Source: Dicyema japonicum (lineage: Eukaryota; Animalia; Dicyemida). From it: a stretch of 64,000 bases of DNA. Positions 63,534-64,000 of this stretch are shown piece after piece. Both the position numbers and the translations under genes were made by a program. Under the pieces are notes generated by a model. The model was not told the DNA's origin. It searched no databases and saw only the letters and a list, made by a program, of their open reading frames with translations. The number at the start of each line of letters is the position of its first letter. The first letter of the stretch is position 1. Where the stretch lies: positions 1,422,657 to 1,486,656 of the forward strand of contig RDEW01000005.1 in the NCBI GenBank assembly GCA_011109175.1, read 5' to 3'.

Positions 63534-64000
63534 TTACATTTTCTGATTATCGTCCAGGCCGATCAAATCAAGTAATTCCTTGGCTTCTTGTTCTCTCTTG
63601 GCAATCCTTTCGTTGATCTGTTGGTTGTCAACTTCCAAATCGCCAATTTCAGTCTCACAATATAATTTCTGTCTTACCAAGGCATCTATCCTCGCCAGTC
63701 TTATTTGTTTTACTTGTTCTGCAGGTTGACAGTGATTTGTCAAATAATCTCTGACTTTGTTCATTTCCTTCTTTTTGTCGTCGACTTGTTTTCGTTTGGC
63801 TTCTAAAGTCTCCACTATTCCACGAGGTTTGACGTCCAAAGTCATCTCAGAGAGTCGTTTTTCTGTAAAATAATAAATTTGTAAACCGTAAGTTTTCAAA
63901 TAGTGAACCTCATCAGTCTTGCTTTTCAACAGTTGAGATAAACTAAGTATTAGGTTGGAATTACTCCTCGTTCTCTTTCTCCAGTTGTTTGATTTGTTGT
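63534..64000 (-). CDS. 3' end of an unidentified coiled-coil protein gene (continues beyond the window)
   Basis: Heptad-rich ORF (LEAKRKQVDDKKKEMNKV..LEVDNQQINERIAKREQEAKELL); plausible 22- and 24-nt introns. Confidence 0.6.
   Translation of the reverse strand, partial: NKSNNWRKRTRSNSNLILSLSQLLKSKTDEVHYLKTYGLQIYYFTEKRLSEMTLDVKPRGIVETLEAKRKQVDDKKKEMNKVRDYLTNHCQPAEQVKQIRLARIDALVRQKLYCETEIGDLEVDNQQINERIAKREQEAKELLDLIGLDDNQKM

Overview
AT-rich animal genomic DNA: small islands of compact housekeeping genes separated by piles of transposable elements. Inferred GT-AG introns are almost all 21-29 nt. Together with an alpha-type Cys-loop receptor resembling the lophotrochozoan anion-selective nAChR clade, this suggests a dicyemid mesozoan (inference only). 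Host genes recognised: PNKP, METTL14, UBE3C-like HECT ligase, BAZ1B/WSTF-like, nAChR alpha-like subunit, enolase, an unknown tandem-module Cys-rich (possibly saposin-related) secreted protein, and the 3' end of a coiled-coil gene. There are also decayed duplicates of host genes: a second BAZ1B-like piece and three ECM29-like pieces. TEs: pogo/Tigger, Buster- and ZMYM1-type hAT, a Tc1 remnant, several APE-type LINE families (one intact RTE with a 13-bp TSD), CRE-like RLE elements (one with an N-terminal PHD finger) and R4-like RLE elements. A Ginger2-like integrase transposon (50-bp TIRs, 5-bp TSD) splits a LINE and itself holds three nested retrotransposons. Most host genes show single-base frameshifts at short base runs, most likely assembly errors. 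No tRNA, rRNA or CRISPR array was recognised. Family assignments come from motif recognition by eye, not database searches; boundaries of decayed elements are approximate.
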